Shown here piece by piece: positions 39,559 through 53,400 of a stretch of DNA of 64,000 nt. A program made the translations under genes and the position numbers. The stretch is from Botryllus schlosseri. Taxonomy: Eukaryota. Location of the stretch: assembly GCA_051294905.1 (NCBI GenBank), contig CM119372.1, positions 17,920,001 through 17,984,000 of the forward strand, read 5' to 3'. The notes under the pieces are model-generated. The model was not told the origin of the DNA. It worked only from the letters and a program-made list of their open reading frames with translations, and ran no database searches. Within the stretch, counting starts at the first letter, position 1. Each line of letters starts with the position of its first letter.

Positions 39559-41874
39559 ATTGTACGGATCGTTAGACCAATGATCCGTGCGGCAAATTCA
39601 TTTTAGTTTGTTCCTCAGTCCGTATTGTTTCACTGCGTTGCGACACGTAAGAAGGTCCATTTTCACATAGGCCTACTCGTAAGTTTTAACGGGGTTCTGG
39701 TGCCATTAATTAAAATTACTTTTGGATTCTCGGAATCATTATGACAATACCGTTCGATTGGTACGGTTTTTAATAAAGTCTGATCTCGGCTCGTCGCCCA
39801 TTAGCAAACAAACAACATGTGGTATATTGTGTCGTTTTACTGTAATTCCATATGTTCTATAACTAAACTTATTTCGATACTAAACTACAGATGGAAAGCA
39901 TTTGCTAAACTGAAGAAAATCGGGGTAGCCGATATGAACGCATTTTCATTCTGTCTGGTGCCTTCCCTACTATTTTTGAACACCATGGAAATTGCGTAAT
40001 ATGTCTAAACTAGTCATTATTGAAGATGAGTGGATGAACATGAACAACCATTATTAAATGTTGTTGTCACTATTTTCCACTTTTCCACCCGGGGAGGCGT
40101 TTGTCAAGGCCTTGCCTCCCTGATCGCACACCCCTAGGAAATATGTTACGACAACACCTGCTCACGCCTGATCGTAAAATGTGCCGAACCATTCATTACA
40201 CAAGTCGTTTTGCTGTTATAGCAGGGGATATGTGGGACCGATGAGACACTGGACCGAAAATACTTGAAAAATTCTCCATTATAATCCCATCATTACACTC
40301 CGTGAACTTGTATACAAAATTGCAGGATGTCATAATCTTTCCTCACATGCAAAAACTTGGACCTGCGCGAGATGTGGGGTCTGTGAAAGATGTTTTCTGT
40401 TTTTGGGGATGTAAAATAAATTTCGACCGACGCCTACATTTTTCTTCTCAATCACTTTTAATATGAAGTTTAGGGCTTGTATCGCGCTATTTTACGACAC
40501 ATATTTTTTTATTCAATACCGTGTTTGAGTGGACTTTTATTTATGGAGTGGAGAGAGAGATAGCGAGAGAGGGAGACAGAAAGAGAATTGGTGTCCGACT
40601 AAGGTTAAACCAACGACACTCGCTCTTTTCCTGTTTTTTTTTCAAAGTCTAGCTAGACAAAGGCTTAGCATAAAATTTATTTGTTCGTTCATTGGTATTA
40701 TGTATGAAAAATTTTGAATATGTTTGTAGCCAACATTGAACTTTCGTATATCCCACCCTGTATGGGGTAAATGCGTGATGTGGCAGCAAAGAGTCCTCCC
40801 CGAAACATTCTATCCATATGTGCAGATATTTCTCAATATTTCACCTCCACCTATTTCATAGATTATGTGTATGGACGAGGGTCAATCACATGATCACAAA
40901 TGATCAGTTGCCGGATTTATATATAATTTGTGTGATACAAAGTAGAGGATTAAGAATATCTGCAGTTCTGCCAGTTCTGATTTTAGTCTTTGTTCTACCC
41001 TCGCCGTTCGTGGAGCTCAGAACCTAGGTAAACCTCCAGCTCCATAACAGGGATTAGGAACATGGTTCTTTTTGGTGTTCTCCCAGGGGAAAAATCGCTG
41101 CAGCACAAGTGTACACTATTGTATCATCGCCATCCGAGATTTGGGTATCGATTTTTCATTGTGCGAATGGACTGATCTGGCATTGATATCCAATTCACCA
41201 CGCATAATAGTTCGTGTCGCATGACACGGGCTATTGTAGGCCCTAAACTGCGATAAGAATGTAGTTGTATAGAGTTGTAAATACCAGACCTAGCATATCG
41301 ATTTGACTTGCCATAGGGACCATATCCAATGAATATATCGTTTTAATGTCTGCCGGGCGACGAGGATGGAAGGACCATAACGAGTTCGCGCCTCGTAAGG
41401 ATAGGACTAACGCTTTGTACACAGTTATTTAGTAACATTTCTTCGGGCCCATTGGAATTTGTCAGTTTTCAATAAACAGTTGTACATTGAACATATAGGC
41501 TACCGCAACTATCGCGTCTGGGCACGGGTGTGATATTGGTGTATTTCCGAGTCCTCCTTGGTACTGGTGCGTCGTGATTTGCGACAGGAATAAAGTTGCA
41601 CTGGTACAAGTGATACACCCCACCCATTAGTGGTGTATTTTTATTAATTAGAATGTCTTATTGTGGTGGCGTTGTTTCTATGGCCACCAAGTTTGTTGTG
41701 AGTGCGTTGAATGGAGAGTGGAGACTTGATCAGCAGTGCGAAATGAAGCTCTTTGTAAGCGCCTATACAATATTAGGAGGTCTTCCACACAAGAACTTCT
41801 AAATCAGCCTTTGACCTCTACATTGACATAATGACTGATATTAATGAATCAAGATTTTTGCCCTGACTATAGTA

Positions 41875-42762
41875 CAGTGGTCGGGAACCTTTTTCGTTTG
41901 AAGAGCCATGTTAGCCCTATATTTTACAATTTAACTCCCAAAGAGCCATACTTGTCAATCAATTGTTACGTCACCATTGAAAATCCGTGACGTCATGGTA
42001 GTACTAATTCGAACTAACTACATGGGATTCGTCGTGGGCGCCATATTTTCTCTGTAAAAACTCGTAGGCTACTAACCATCCTGTGATAGCGCAATTCATC
42101 ATCAATAGCTCAGAATTTATAATAACTGATATAAATCTAATATAACTATAGCACTGATTTAGAAAATAAATATTGATCGACTTCTCAATTGGGTGGTGAC
42201 ATAAACGTTGCACTACACGCCTACATTTTAACCGCAGTATTAGAAACACTTATCAATTTGGACGTGGATAGCGAAGCGTTGTTTGTAATTTAGATTTGTA
42301 ATTGGAATGTCACTTCCAAGCAGTTCATTTCTCGGCGTAGATCAGGAAGACAATGTGTATTTGAAAACTAGATTGTCATATAGGCGTCCCCATGTCTGCT
42401 GTTCTCTTGATCAACCAACATATGGTGCAATCCAAGATTGCGCAGCGCAGAATGCCGGGGACATCGAATTCGCGAGAGATATTGGTCGCTGGCGTATAAC
42501 AGCAACTTAAATTTGAGGATTTTGTAAATGGGTCCGAGGCCGAGCGCTTAACCCTGGAATCTTGGATACGTCACTGCCTTGACCTCTTTTATACATGCTT
42601 ATGCTGCCACGAGAATAATTATTCAGGCCGTTAAGAAAATTTACTAATAAGTTGTTGCAATATCTATAAAATTAAGTTTAAAATTAAAAATATGCCATAG
42701 AGCCATATCTTATACCGAAAAGAGCCATACATGGCTCGAGAGCCATAGGTTCCCGACCACTT
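41875..42762. mobile_element. Non-autonomous hAT element (888 bp)
   Basis: TIR CAGTGGTCGGGAACCT / AGGTTCCCGACCACTT; exact TSD CTATAGTA; AGAGCCAT subterminal repeats. Confidence 0.88.
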
Positions 42763-44506
42763 CTATAGTATATACGAGTTTATGCTGGAGTCATATTCAT
42801 ATGCTATTTATTTTATTGAACGCCAGAAATCTCTGTAAACAGTGAACAGTGAACCCTGAACACCCACCCAAAGAAATTCATTTTATGGTCCGGAAAAGTG
42901 CCAATTAGTAAATGACCTCATCACATAAACATAAAATTCGCTACAAGGAAAGTTGTGCTCTGCAAGCACCCACTCACGCATACCAATCCAAAGCAATCAC
43001 TCAACATAAAAATCCAAATCCAGCTACGTAACCGATTTCTAGGGATGGTGTGAACCTCTGAAAGGTCCAGGTTCGTGTGAACGCGAACATTTTTGAAAGG
43101 TTCTTTGTGAACGCGAACGTGAACCTCATGACGTCGCGTGACGTCATATTGCTAATTCCAACCCTACATTTCAGTGCAGTGATATATATTAATGTTAAAG
43201 ATACCTAGCGACTACTTGGGCCACATATTGCTACAATGCTGAAGTACGCACTGACTTTTTAAACGTCGCCAAATGTGTATCAACTAGACTTACTAGAGCA
43301 ATCAAATAATATGATAATCCCATAAAATCAATATCTTCCCTCGCTTTGCCAACAATTTCGACGAGGACTTGCAAGGGAATATCAGCCTACGCCTCAACGG
43401 TCTAGGCCAGACCGGGCAACGTACTCGACGTCTGAGTGTGGCTACGTTGATGTTGAGCAGAGTGTAAAACAGGTTTTACCCCATTAACAAAGTTACACAG
43501 CATGGCAGTAGCCAACACCCCAATCGCACGGAATGGGTTTTTATGATACAATAAACATATGCAATCGAGATGGACGCCGTACGCTTGCTAGATTTTTTAC
43601 ATCCGACAATGATATCAATTTCATTGATTGGTTGAATAAGCTTCATTCGCTGACCTACATGTAGCGTATTTCGCTCTTGATGTTGTGTGATTGCGAGTCA
43701 AGCTCATTACAGAGAGTCACTAAATATTCACGAACAGAAAGCTGCATATTTCGAGCAAACTTTTGTAACAAAGCAGGTAAAATTATTGAGATTGTCAAGG
43801 TGCATGCTCGTTTGGTGTTGATTTTTATGCAGCCAGCGCCATGCATAGAGTGGCCCGCAGTTGAAATTGACGATGATTTGATGCCCAGAACGGATATCTG
43901 CACCTACTTTCTTTATTAGCCATCACGTCACGAATTTTTAGTTGTGACGTCACAGTGAAATTCCATTGACAATTGAAATTATTGGGTAATTATGGCTCAT
44001 TTGTTTAAAAAGGCCAGGTCTACATCGTAATATGCAGCATCAATAATAATAATCAATAATCGTTGGGTTATATTTTTCATCTGAACAAGTTACACACAAT
44101 GTACAATGCGATAAGACACAATGCGATGTAATGAACAGATAGGAGGATATCGAACGACACGCAGTTGCGATCCTTTTTAGATTGACATCCACCTCGGCCT
44201 AGAGTGCCCGATGTAACAGTTCTTTTCGATGTTGATCTTTTTAAATCCGCAGAACTTTCTAGCACTTTCCATTCCTTGTGAGGGCTTTCTTTCGTCGGGT
44301 CTTTTATTGTTTTTTTTTTATCGCTGTAAGAACGGCGACGGCGGGGGAAGAGGAGTCCAGATAAACCTCCGATGGGAATCGAACTGGCGCCGCCCGATTC
44401 GTAAGTGCTTATCGTATACCCCGATACAACTATGGCATAATTATACAGCTGTAATTATAACAATACCAATTTTGTAATTTTAAAATGCTTTAAAACACCG
44501 CTTTTT

Positions 44507-44546
44507 TTCGCTACTGATGAGAGTCTGTCGAAAAGCTTTTAGCGAA
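44507..44546 (+). ncRNA. Minimal type I hammerhead ribozyme, probably a solo Penelope pLTR remnant
   Basis: TTCGCTA-CTGATGA-GAGTCTGTC-GAAA-AGCT-TT-TAGCGAA: 7-bp stem I, canonical core, 2-bp stem II, palindromic AAGCTT stem III; immediately followed by AATAAA and a TAT-rich tail. Confidence 0.75.
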
Positions 44547-45846
44547 TAAATTAACAATATTATTATTATTTATTGTTTCGCGTTATTCTGTAGTTCTGTA
44601 CCCCAAATGGCTTGTAAAACATTATCTGCACCCAATGGTGTCATCCGTTTCATTTCTGGCACTGTTCTACAAGATCCATCGATCATTCACTCCGGAATCT
44701 AATGGGCACATACGCACAACATACCCGTGTTCTCGTCGTCCAATTACCAGAATCAATTACCGGAGAACGCAACATTCTATTAAATATGACTATAGATAAC
44801 TAACCTACAGAGGTTAGTTATCTATAATATGACGGACCACGACTGTGGAATAATTCGCCAGCAATCTGGCAATCTTCGAGTATATGCAATACAGTACACA
44901 TCCAGGACAAAATACAAGCAGATTCTACTGGTTGAATATACTGGCATACGTTTGATATTACCGGACCATGAACCGAAATCGATTTAGCCTCCCGACACAA
45001 ACCACTTCATTTACATTTCTCGTTCACTTCGTGTTAGGCTATATTATGTTAATTTTCATTCATTGTGCAGAAGTGCAAGTGTGCAACTGCGCAAAGTGCG
45101 CACTGCGCAGTGCGCATGCATCATTAGTCACGTGATTTTTTAATTAAAGAGTTGATATCACACTTTGAATTAAACATCGGTATCGGTCATTGAAAGTAAA
45201 AAAAATCACCTATTTCCATCACACCATTGCATCGTAGAAGGAATCCAGACAACTATAGTCGGCAACTGCTAGACTGGGAATAATGATATATTTGTTATAC
45301 TAACCTATAGGCGCCCTGTCCAGATGCAGCTGTAAGTAGGCCTATCATTCCTGCCCAAGTATATAGTAATGGCTGTAAAGCACTTCAAATAAATGCTGTA
45401 AGTTTTCTAAATGCGCCTTCAACTATATAACTTGTATTTTGAGTATCGGACGAATATATTGGGCTATCGGTGCAGATAATAGTTACAGTTTTTTTAATTT
45501 TTTTTTTATCGGTATCGGCATAACATACGGCATCGGTTGGGCTTTACTCTTAACATCATCTGTAAGCCGAAGCGAGTGTTTGATGTATTTGATTGAAATG
45601 CTATTCTAAGTCGTTTTGCTTCGTTTGAGCTTTTTGTATTGCAATTTTGGCAGCATCTCGAAGTAATAAAGATGGTAATAAATGATGCTGACGAAAGTTG
45701 TACATAAATTCATTATGCCACCAACCGATTTTAATTAGCTAATGGCTATGGAGACTCACTACTATCATATAGCGGATTAACCATCCAATTATTACGAGAT
45801 TGTTGCCATTTTTAAAACGGAAGCAAGACCGAGCATGACTACTAAT

Positions 45847-46045
45847 TAGGGTTACCATACGTCCTTCTTTTTGAGATTTTGTCCTCTTTATTGTGAATTT
45901 TTGGTAAATATAGGGCAAAATTCGACTGAGATACAGTAAATCAGCACTGAAGTAACGCTCCGGCGGCTATTTCGAGAGCAGAGCCGGAAAGATGGTATTG
46001 TTTGAAAATTTGGAAAAAGTGTCATTCCAAAATATTGTTACCCTA
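45847..46045. mobile_element. MITE, TAGGGTTACCA family
   Basis: TAGGGTTACCATA...TTGTTACCCTA ends; exact TSD CTACTAAT. Confidence 0.8.
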
Positions 46046-46539
46046 CTACTAATTCAACATTAAAATGACACATGTCTCGTCTGGAATCAAAATATTACTT
46101 ATCATTTGTATGCTTCTTTCAACTTCCAGCTTTTCACTGTACAGTGCACAACTGCACATCCCCTCAGCAGCATGGAAATGAACCAACGCAAGACCATAAC
46201 ACATCCATATCTGCACATCGTATTTTCAGAAGATGATATAGTCTGTATCCCGTATTGAATTTCAGTAGTAGACACAGGTTTGCCAGGCATTTCATCGATA
46301 TCACATGCGTCATTTCACCGCAGTGGACGATGAGACATCCAGGACATGAAGCTCAATGCCAGCGCAATCGAGGTACCTTTGCCGGCATCGGGATTCCTTA
46401 CCTATAGAACAAATGGTTTCTAACCGGTGTTCCATGGAACACCAGGGGTTCCCTGAGCCAGTCTTGGCGGTTCCCCGGAGGTCAAGACACACTAGCAATT
46501 CATACATATGATTTGTGATGATGATACGTCCGTCTTGGT

Positions 46540-47379
46540 CAGGTGTGGGCAACCTCTGCGGCCGTAGAAGGAAATTTGTAATTCAATTAACAGGTTAATC
46601 AATTAGTACGTGCTGGAGGCCGTCGACATGAAAATTGAATTTAGGAATTGACCCCGAATTTTTGAGAGATTAATTATTCTTTGAGAGATTTGATCGATCT
46701 TGAAATTTTCTTCTCGCTATATGCGCGATTCATTGCGACGTCATTTTTCGGTTTTAATATAGTAGCGCCCTTTGCAATCTGGGCCCCAGAGCACAGATGC
46801 GAACAGCGGAGGAAAATGATGCACCCCATACAGAAATACCAACTTGGCATCGTGTGCTCCTCACGAAAGAAATTCGTTTCGTGTACATTTGGCAGAATCC
46901 ATTATCTTACCACTATACCGACAATCCTGATGGGAGGTTGAGAAACGACATGCGATTATGCTACAAAGTGACTAATAAGAATTGGTTCACACCAATTTGC
47001 ATCATCATTTATAACTTGCCCTAAATTTTCGAAAACACTCCCTCCATCAACTCTACCGGCGGATCTGATCACATAGGCCGAGAAAGAATGAATATTTGAT
47101 AGTATTATGTGAAACTACTTATATTAATGACAAAATAAATTCGTGAATCTGAAAAAAATCCGCGCTTCTCGCGACCATAATCACTTCCATGCAGTCTATT
47201 CATTACATGACTACTAAAGCGATTTCGATGCGAATAGTAAGTCGATATGAAAAAGTAGATTACTTTGGAGTTCACCGGAAATGAACAGTTTAACATGAGT
47301 ATTTGATCCGTATAGGGCATAGGCTATACATAAGTAATCGAATTGCGGCGGTGCATAGCAAAAAGGTTGGCCACCCCTG
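46540..47379. mobile_element. Probable hAT-type non-autonomous element, abutting another MITE fragment (46411-46539, related to ~24540-24645)
   Basis: CAGGTGTGGGCAACCT / AGGTTGGCCACCCCTG imperfect TIRs; no clear TSD. Confidence 0.5.
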
Positions 47380-48997
47380 GTAGTAGGCCATTATTAGCTG
47401 CAGGCATTCATAGGCCCGATAAGTAGTCTAATTGTGACCATTGTGGTGTTACGTTGCGTGCAGTGACGTATACGGAGGTGAGGTTGGGGTTCGAGATCCA
47501 ATTATCTATCTAATATGTGTGATGTCATTTGTAATTTAGCAATTGGTATCGTGTTGTTGCGTTTCCGATAAACAATACGATGACACTTTCCAAGGTGAAG
47601 CCTCGCATTTCTGAATGGGAACAGCAGTCACAGTCACACTGATTTGCATAAATAGTCCATCCATTAAAACGTTAAACATTAGTAGTAATATAGATGTGCG
47701 GAATCCCCCCATTCGCGATTTATAAAGAACAAACAAACATTATCAATATAAAAGATACTGAAAGAATTAGCTCATTTTCAATTTTGCAGCAATACTTTTA
47801 TGACCTTGTGTGCGGCAATAAAAAAAGGGGGAATAATTAACGATAGAGAGAAAACGAACAAAGAATCTGGATTGACCTTTGTACTCAGACTGGAGTACTT
47901 CTACTTGTACTTTTCCGCTCCTGATTCTACCTAGCCTGACCTCTGGACACGAGACTTGTGTATTATTTATTATATTTTCCCTCGAATAACAATGGATTGA
48001 CTTTTAATTTCAATGGTATGCACGCCGACGATACGCTCGGCTGGGCAAAGCGACGTCCACGGCCTGTGTCATACTGGACTCGTAACAACCTCGCTCGACC
48101 TCTGGTCAAGGACATGAAATTACAGCTGACTCCGGTCATACGCGACGGGGCTTGGTAATAGTTGCCTGACGACATATCGTCCTGACCTATCGTTTTGTGG
48201 TCCAATTTCGTGACGTGTCTTGGGAATAATTCCCCGTCAAACCCCCTGGCTGACTTGTCGTCCCGTGGTTGACTCGATTTCATGTACGGTGGGTCATAAT
48301 TACCGGTCGTGACGTCAGTATAGTTTCTTCTGATCCATGAGATCCTGGTGCGTGTTTTAGGTATCCATACGTTCGGCTATGTAAAGTGACGCTTGTGGTC
48401 TGTGTCTTGTGTACTGTTGTACTTGAACCCTTTTTTGCTTTGTTATCGACCCAGACAGTAACGAGAAACGATCTGTTACGATTATAAATATGTATACCAT
48501 TTCGAGTCATATCGAGAATGAGAATGAATGTCGTAGTAGAAATGTTTATTAGGCGACCCGACATAGATTAACTTAAATAAATTAACATTATAAATACAAT
48601 AAGTAATTGAGCAAATAACTGATTCTCAATTTTGCTCGCATCAACATGTTAACCCCCCGGTATTACGTACCTAGTAATCGGTGCAAGCAACAAATGTGTC
48701 TGTTCCATACATATACCTCGTTCTAGCGTATTCATAAGGACAGACAGTCCCGAGCAAAAAAATGTATTTATGATGGGTTCTTTCTACTGCTTCACGGTTG
48801 GTCAAGCGTAATCATCCCGGTGTCTGCAAATGATATTCAATTTACCACGGGATATTAATTTTGTATGCTGTACAGTGTACATGATATACAACTTGAATCG
48901 CTCTGTTGGCGAACTCATGCTTTGCCCGTCTGTAACATACACAATTACACATATCGATCACGAGCTCACCACGCACTTTTCGTTCGAGGGCGACTCA

Positions 48998-49630
48998 TTT
49001 CGCTATAGGCAATCAGTTGTGTTCGCGTGTACCGTACTATATCCTCAACACTTGTTATGCCAACACCTCCAAGCATATTTACAATATCATGCTAAGGAAC
49101 TATTGCTTCGGCAGCCACGCACTATCGCTTGAAGTCGACAAATTTCGCTACAGACAGTCAGTTGTGTTCACGTATGTGTCGTAAATATATCCTCAACACA
49201 TGCTATGCCAATACCACCAAGCATATTTGCATCATACTTAGGGTTCTGGTCAGGCTGATTTAAATCATCACGTGTCGACAATCGATCGAAGCCCGTCAAC
49301 TGGTATTTTGAAAGCTCCCGGTATGGTGTATTATTGTGTATGGATTGTTGCGGTATTAGAATTGTGGTTACGGCTCGTTGGCGGTGCGAGGATCAGGTTT
49401 ATAGTATACTATAACTACTTAGCTCGGATATTATACGACGCGCTGCTATCGTTGCTTTGTCCAAGACCGAATTCACGATAATCAATCTCGCTGTCGAAAA
49501 CGACATGCGGCCGCGTAGACTGCATAGCGCCATTTTGTTTTGTGATCCATCCTGCTGTGCCGAGGATCGAAACATATCCTCAACACATGTTATGCCAACA
49601 CCTCCAAGCATATTTGCAGCATCATACTAC
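48998..49630 (+). repeat. Three copies of a ~50-bp motif ATATCCTCAACACATGTTATGCCAACACCTCCAAGCATATTT (~49039, ~49187, ~49574); the first two lie in a ~148-bp tandem unit
   Basis: Directly visible; a weaker fourth copy lies in the palindrome spacer at ~55492. Confidence 0.85.
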
Positions 49631-50452
49631 GGATATATTGACTCGGCAGAGTGTTACCGCCAGAGAATTGCTGTGTCACGCCTTCGGGCCTTGCATTTTC
49701 CGCTCGGTAACTGCGAGTACGATGCTATTTCAATTGTCCACGAAACGAATCGGGGTAGCTCGTTTCATTCGAAATCGGAAACCACTGCGACTATAGGATT
49801 GCAAAATCAAAGTCCAAAAAATCCGACTGGCACGTAAAGTACTGGTTTCTCCATATATTAGGCTGGGTAAAATGTAACATAAATCCAACTCTCAAAGACA
49901 CTGCTGTAAGGGGAGTGTCGTTGTACATTCATTTGCGTACAGCGAAACTTTGTATGCGGTGGTGCAATAATGAGGATGAATTGTGCCAGATCACGTGAGG
50001 CAATCTAGCCTTCTTTCGGTGAGGTGTAAAGATGAGCGGGGAGATTTCGAAATCTGACTCCACCCCGACTCGGGTTGCTAAATCAAAGTCCAAAAAATCC
50101 GGCTGGCTCGTAAAGTCCTGTTATTTCCACATGTTGTGAGGGTAAAATACAGCATAAATCCGACTCTCAAGGCCATTTGGCCGCATCCAGACTGGCTTCG
50201 CTGAAAACTGATGAAATCTGCGCCGGGTCCGGAGATGTTTCGTGACCTCCTCCGTCCAGACAAGATTGTTCTGCTGTAATATAGGTGTCGTTGTATAATA
50301 ATTTACGTACAAGGAGACTTGGTATCGACCCTTTGGCGGAATTCTGTTTGGTTCGTCTGTACAGGTGTTATTAGTGCGATCAGATTTGGCACCTCAAGGA
50401 GTATATTGGTAAAAATCACACAACGATGACAATAACTTTACCGGTCAACATG

Positions 50453-53400
50453 CGGTCAACGGTCAACGATGCGGTGTGATGTACGTAAATCAGCTGTGAT
50501 CAATCGAGCGTGACACAATCGCTGTCAGTCATCAATATGCGACTTGACAAAACTCGCGTTTTCGGGTTGACAGCAACACAGTGCGATATATTTGATGCCC
50601 CCGTCGACCCTCCTATTTTAATGGGGTTACCATGCGGCCTCATTTAGGGGAGCATATGTCCTCCATTTCCCAGATATGTCACCCAATTCACCTAAATGTA
50701 CTCTCTTTCTGTCAGTTTGTCCTCCTTGTTAGCTCAACATTTCAAAAAAAACACCACGAGTAACGCAAAATGTGGGCCTAGATTACGAAAAGTCGGGTAT
50801 TTACGTAGCCAAATCGGAAAAATGACCCTATGATGGTATTGTGCAGGCTATTACGTGGATACGTGGGCGTGTGTAAACATGTGAATAGTAAAAGCGCCCC
50901 AAACTACCGTTACATGAAAAAAGATCGAGCGCACTCGACCATGACGGGGTATACCCACCTTAGTACAGCCAAATGATCCCATGTCGTACCGGGAATAGCC
51001 GAGGTGGTGGTACATCATTCTCACAAATTGTACTTTGGAACGCGTGTGAAATCGACATCGTCCGCTACTCGACTGACGCAAGTCGCCACCGCAGTCCCAC
51101 TCTGTGTATACACAATGTGCTGAGCACTGCAGATCCAGACGAGACTACGCATTCTGGCGAGGTTATCGAGATAGCTGGAGCGATTTACAACACATGCTAC
51201 ATTTACTTCAAAACGGAAAGACAAAATATAGCTTTGGAGTACTCAAGTAGTTTTTAAGAAATATCGGTATCGTGAAATCGCCTTCTATCCTAATTATAAA
51301 AGAGTAGGTCCCCATAAAACTGTCGAGCGCAAGCACGTTGGTAACTGTGATAGTAGACAAAACTGACTCGAGTACCTCAGAAATAGTGACTGTATTTCGT
51401 TGCTGGCCACGCGCCTGCTTATTCACACCGACTGACTCGCGTAGTAAGCCACTGCGCCCCGTCATCTTCTTATTGCTCAAATAATATTACAATGAATATA
51501 CACGAAATTCATTCTAATTTATCGGTAGTGTTATCAGCACAAAAGACACAGTTACACAAGTCTCGCAAAAGGTGTCGATACACTACAATCGTTTTATTTA
51601 ATTCATAGATCGATCGCACGAGTGACGTTTCCGCAGATCAATTTTTGGCGTTTGATCAACTCTTGCCTGGTTTCTAATCACAGGACGATTGAGATTCGGG
51701 TGTGTCTTTTCGATACGTTGCGCAAACTCGATACCTTTCATTCGGATTACGTATTCGCACTGCGGAAACCATTTTGCATGCTCTGTCCAAACCTCGTCTC
51801 CCCGGTCCCAACGAAGCCCGCCGCCACAGTAAAAACATTTGGTTCTGTCCGAATCAATGTAGTAAAACCCCGCTTTTGCTAACTGTCCAACACTAGCCTT
51901 AATTTTATTCGGTTCCCAGCCCTTGTCGAACGTTGCGATTCTTTTTGACAACGACGACATGAGAGGGTTCACGGGGTTAAGACAAGGAAATAGTTGCTCA
52001 AGACATCGCTTTTCGTCCTCGGAGGGTTCATGTGGTTCTTGTAGATGTAGAGTGAGACGTCGTATTTTGTCGCCGAGCAACTTATCCAAATTGTTTCGTT
52101 CGTGCTCGGTTAGCGCCACATTCCCCGAATCGTCGCCACGTGCGAAACAACAACGCGGGTGATACATCAAGTGTATTTCAGATACATCGTCTGTAGGCCT
52201 CCAATTGCGGAGAACGCCGGAGCAGTTGAAGCACTGCGTTCTGTCCAGGTCACCGAGGTAGAAAAAACCTTGTTTTGCCAACTCGCCGACCGCCCGTGGT
52301 ATGGGATAGCTGGGCCATTTCTCAAAGGTTTCGCGACGCTTCGACTCCTTTCGCAAGTCGAGATTCCTAACCCGATACTCGTGCTCTTGATCAACGATAT
52401 TCGCAAAGTTGATGTTGGCGTCTCCAACGGCTTTACACTGTCTCAATAAACTTTTGAAATTCGATTTCACAATAGGTATGTTCAACGCGTCTCGTACACA
52501 ATTAGCGTCATGACGCCGTGCACTCGACCCGGTCCATCTTTCGAGGTACACACTGCATCCAAAGCATTTGATTTTGTCTTCAAATCCTAGCCAGTAGTAT
52601 CCTTCAGACGCTAAATCGGTGCGTGTCGCGTATGATACTTTAGAGAATTTGGCGAACGTGGCGAGTCTGTACAATTCAGTGCGGTGTGAACCGGAAGCGA
52701 TATACACTCGTTTCTGTCCGGGCGGATCAGAGTATCTCTCCATTGACGTTATGCCAAGCTCTTTCATAAACATGGAGTACTAAGACAGAGCTTTTTGTGT
52801 CTAAACCTGTACCATAGCTCACACATATATATTCCTAGTTTATCCTTGCGAGCTCTATCGATTACTGGTTGGTTGTACTTTTATGTGTGATTGACAACCG
52901 TTAGCTGTCGCTATTGCACCATTTATATATGTGTTATACCAGGAGCGGTCAACTTCTGCAGCCCGCGGGGCGTGTATAGCATAATTAGGTACTCGGTGGT
53001 ACGAATTGCTGAATCGATACATTATTCGACCACCGATCAGCATATGCCAGGAATAAATCGTATTCAATCAATGTATTTTAACAACAGCAATGTCAATGCA
53101 AAGCCGTATCTCGCCGATATTAACGAGGACAAAGTGGATTTGAGAACAGTATTTTTATACAGGCACCGCCATGTCTGCTTCTCTCTCACGGTGCAATACT
53201 TAAATAAGATTTCATAGTGGTCTATAAGCCCGATACCCTAAATCGACAGAGATATCAATTCATTAAAGTTGTTTTCTAACGACATTACAGAGAACAACGC
53301 GTACCAGTAAACACAAACCGAATTGTCCCACTGTTGCGTCAATTCACCGCCGACTCGGTATGAGACACTCTCGACCAGCGAATGTACATTAGGCAACCGA

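Noticed and set aside
43040..43150. TAGGGATGGTG end with GTGAACGCGAAC repeats
   Set aside because: Looks like one transposon end, but no matching second TIR was found, so no element boundaries could be called.
48998..49630. Possible CRISPR-like array
   Set aside because: Only three degenerate repeats with unequal long spacers that are partly homologous; eukaryotic context; no cas genes.
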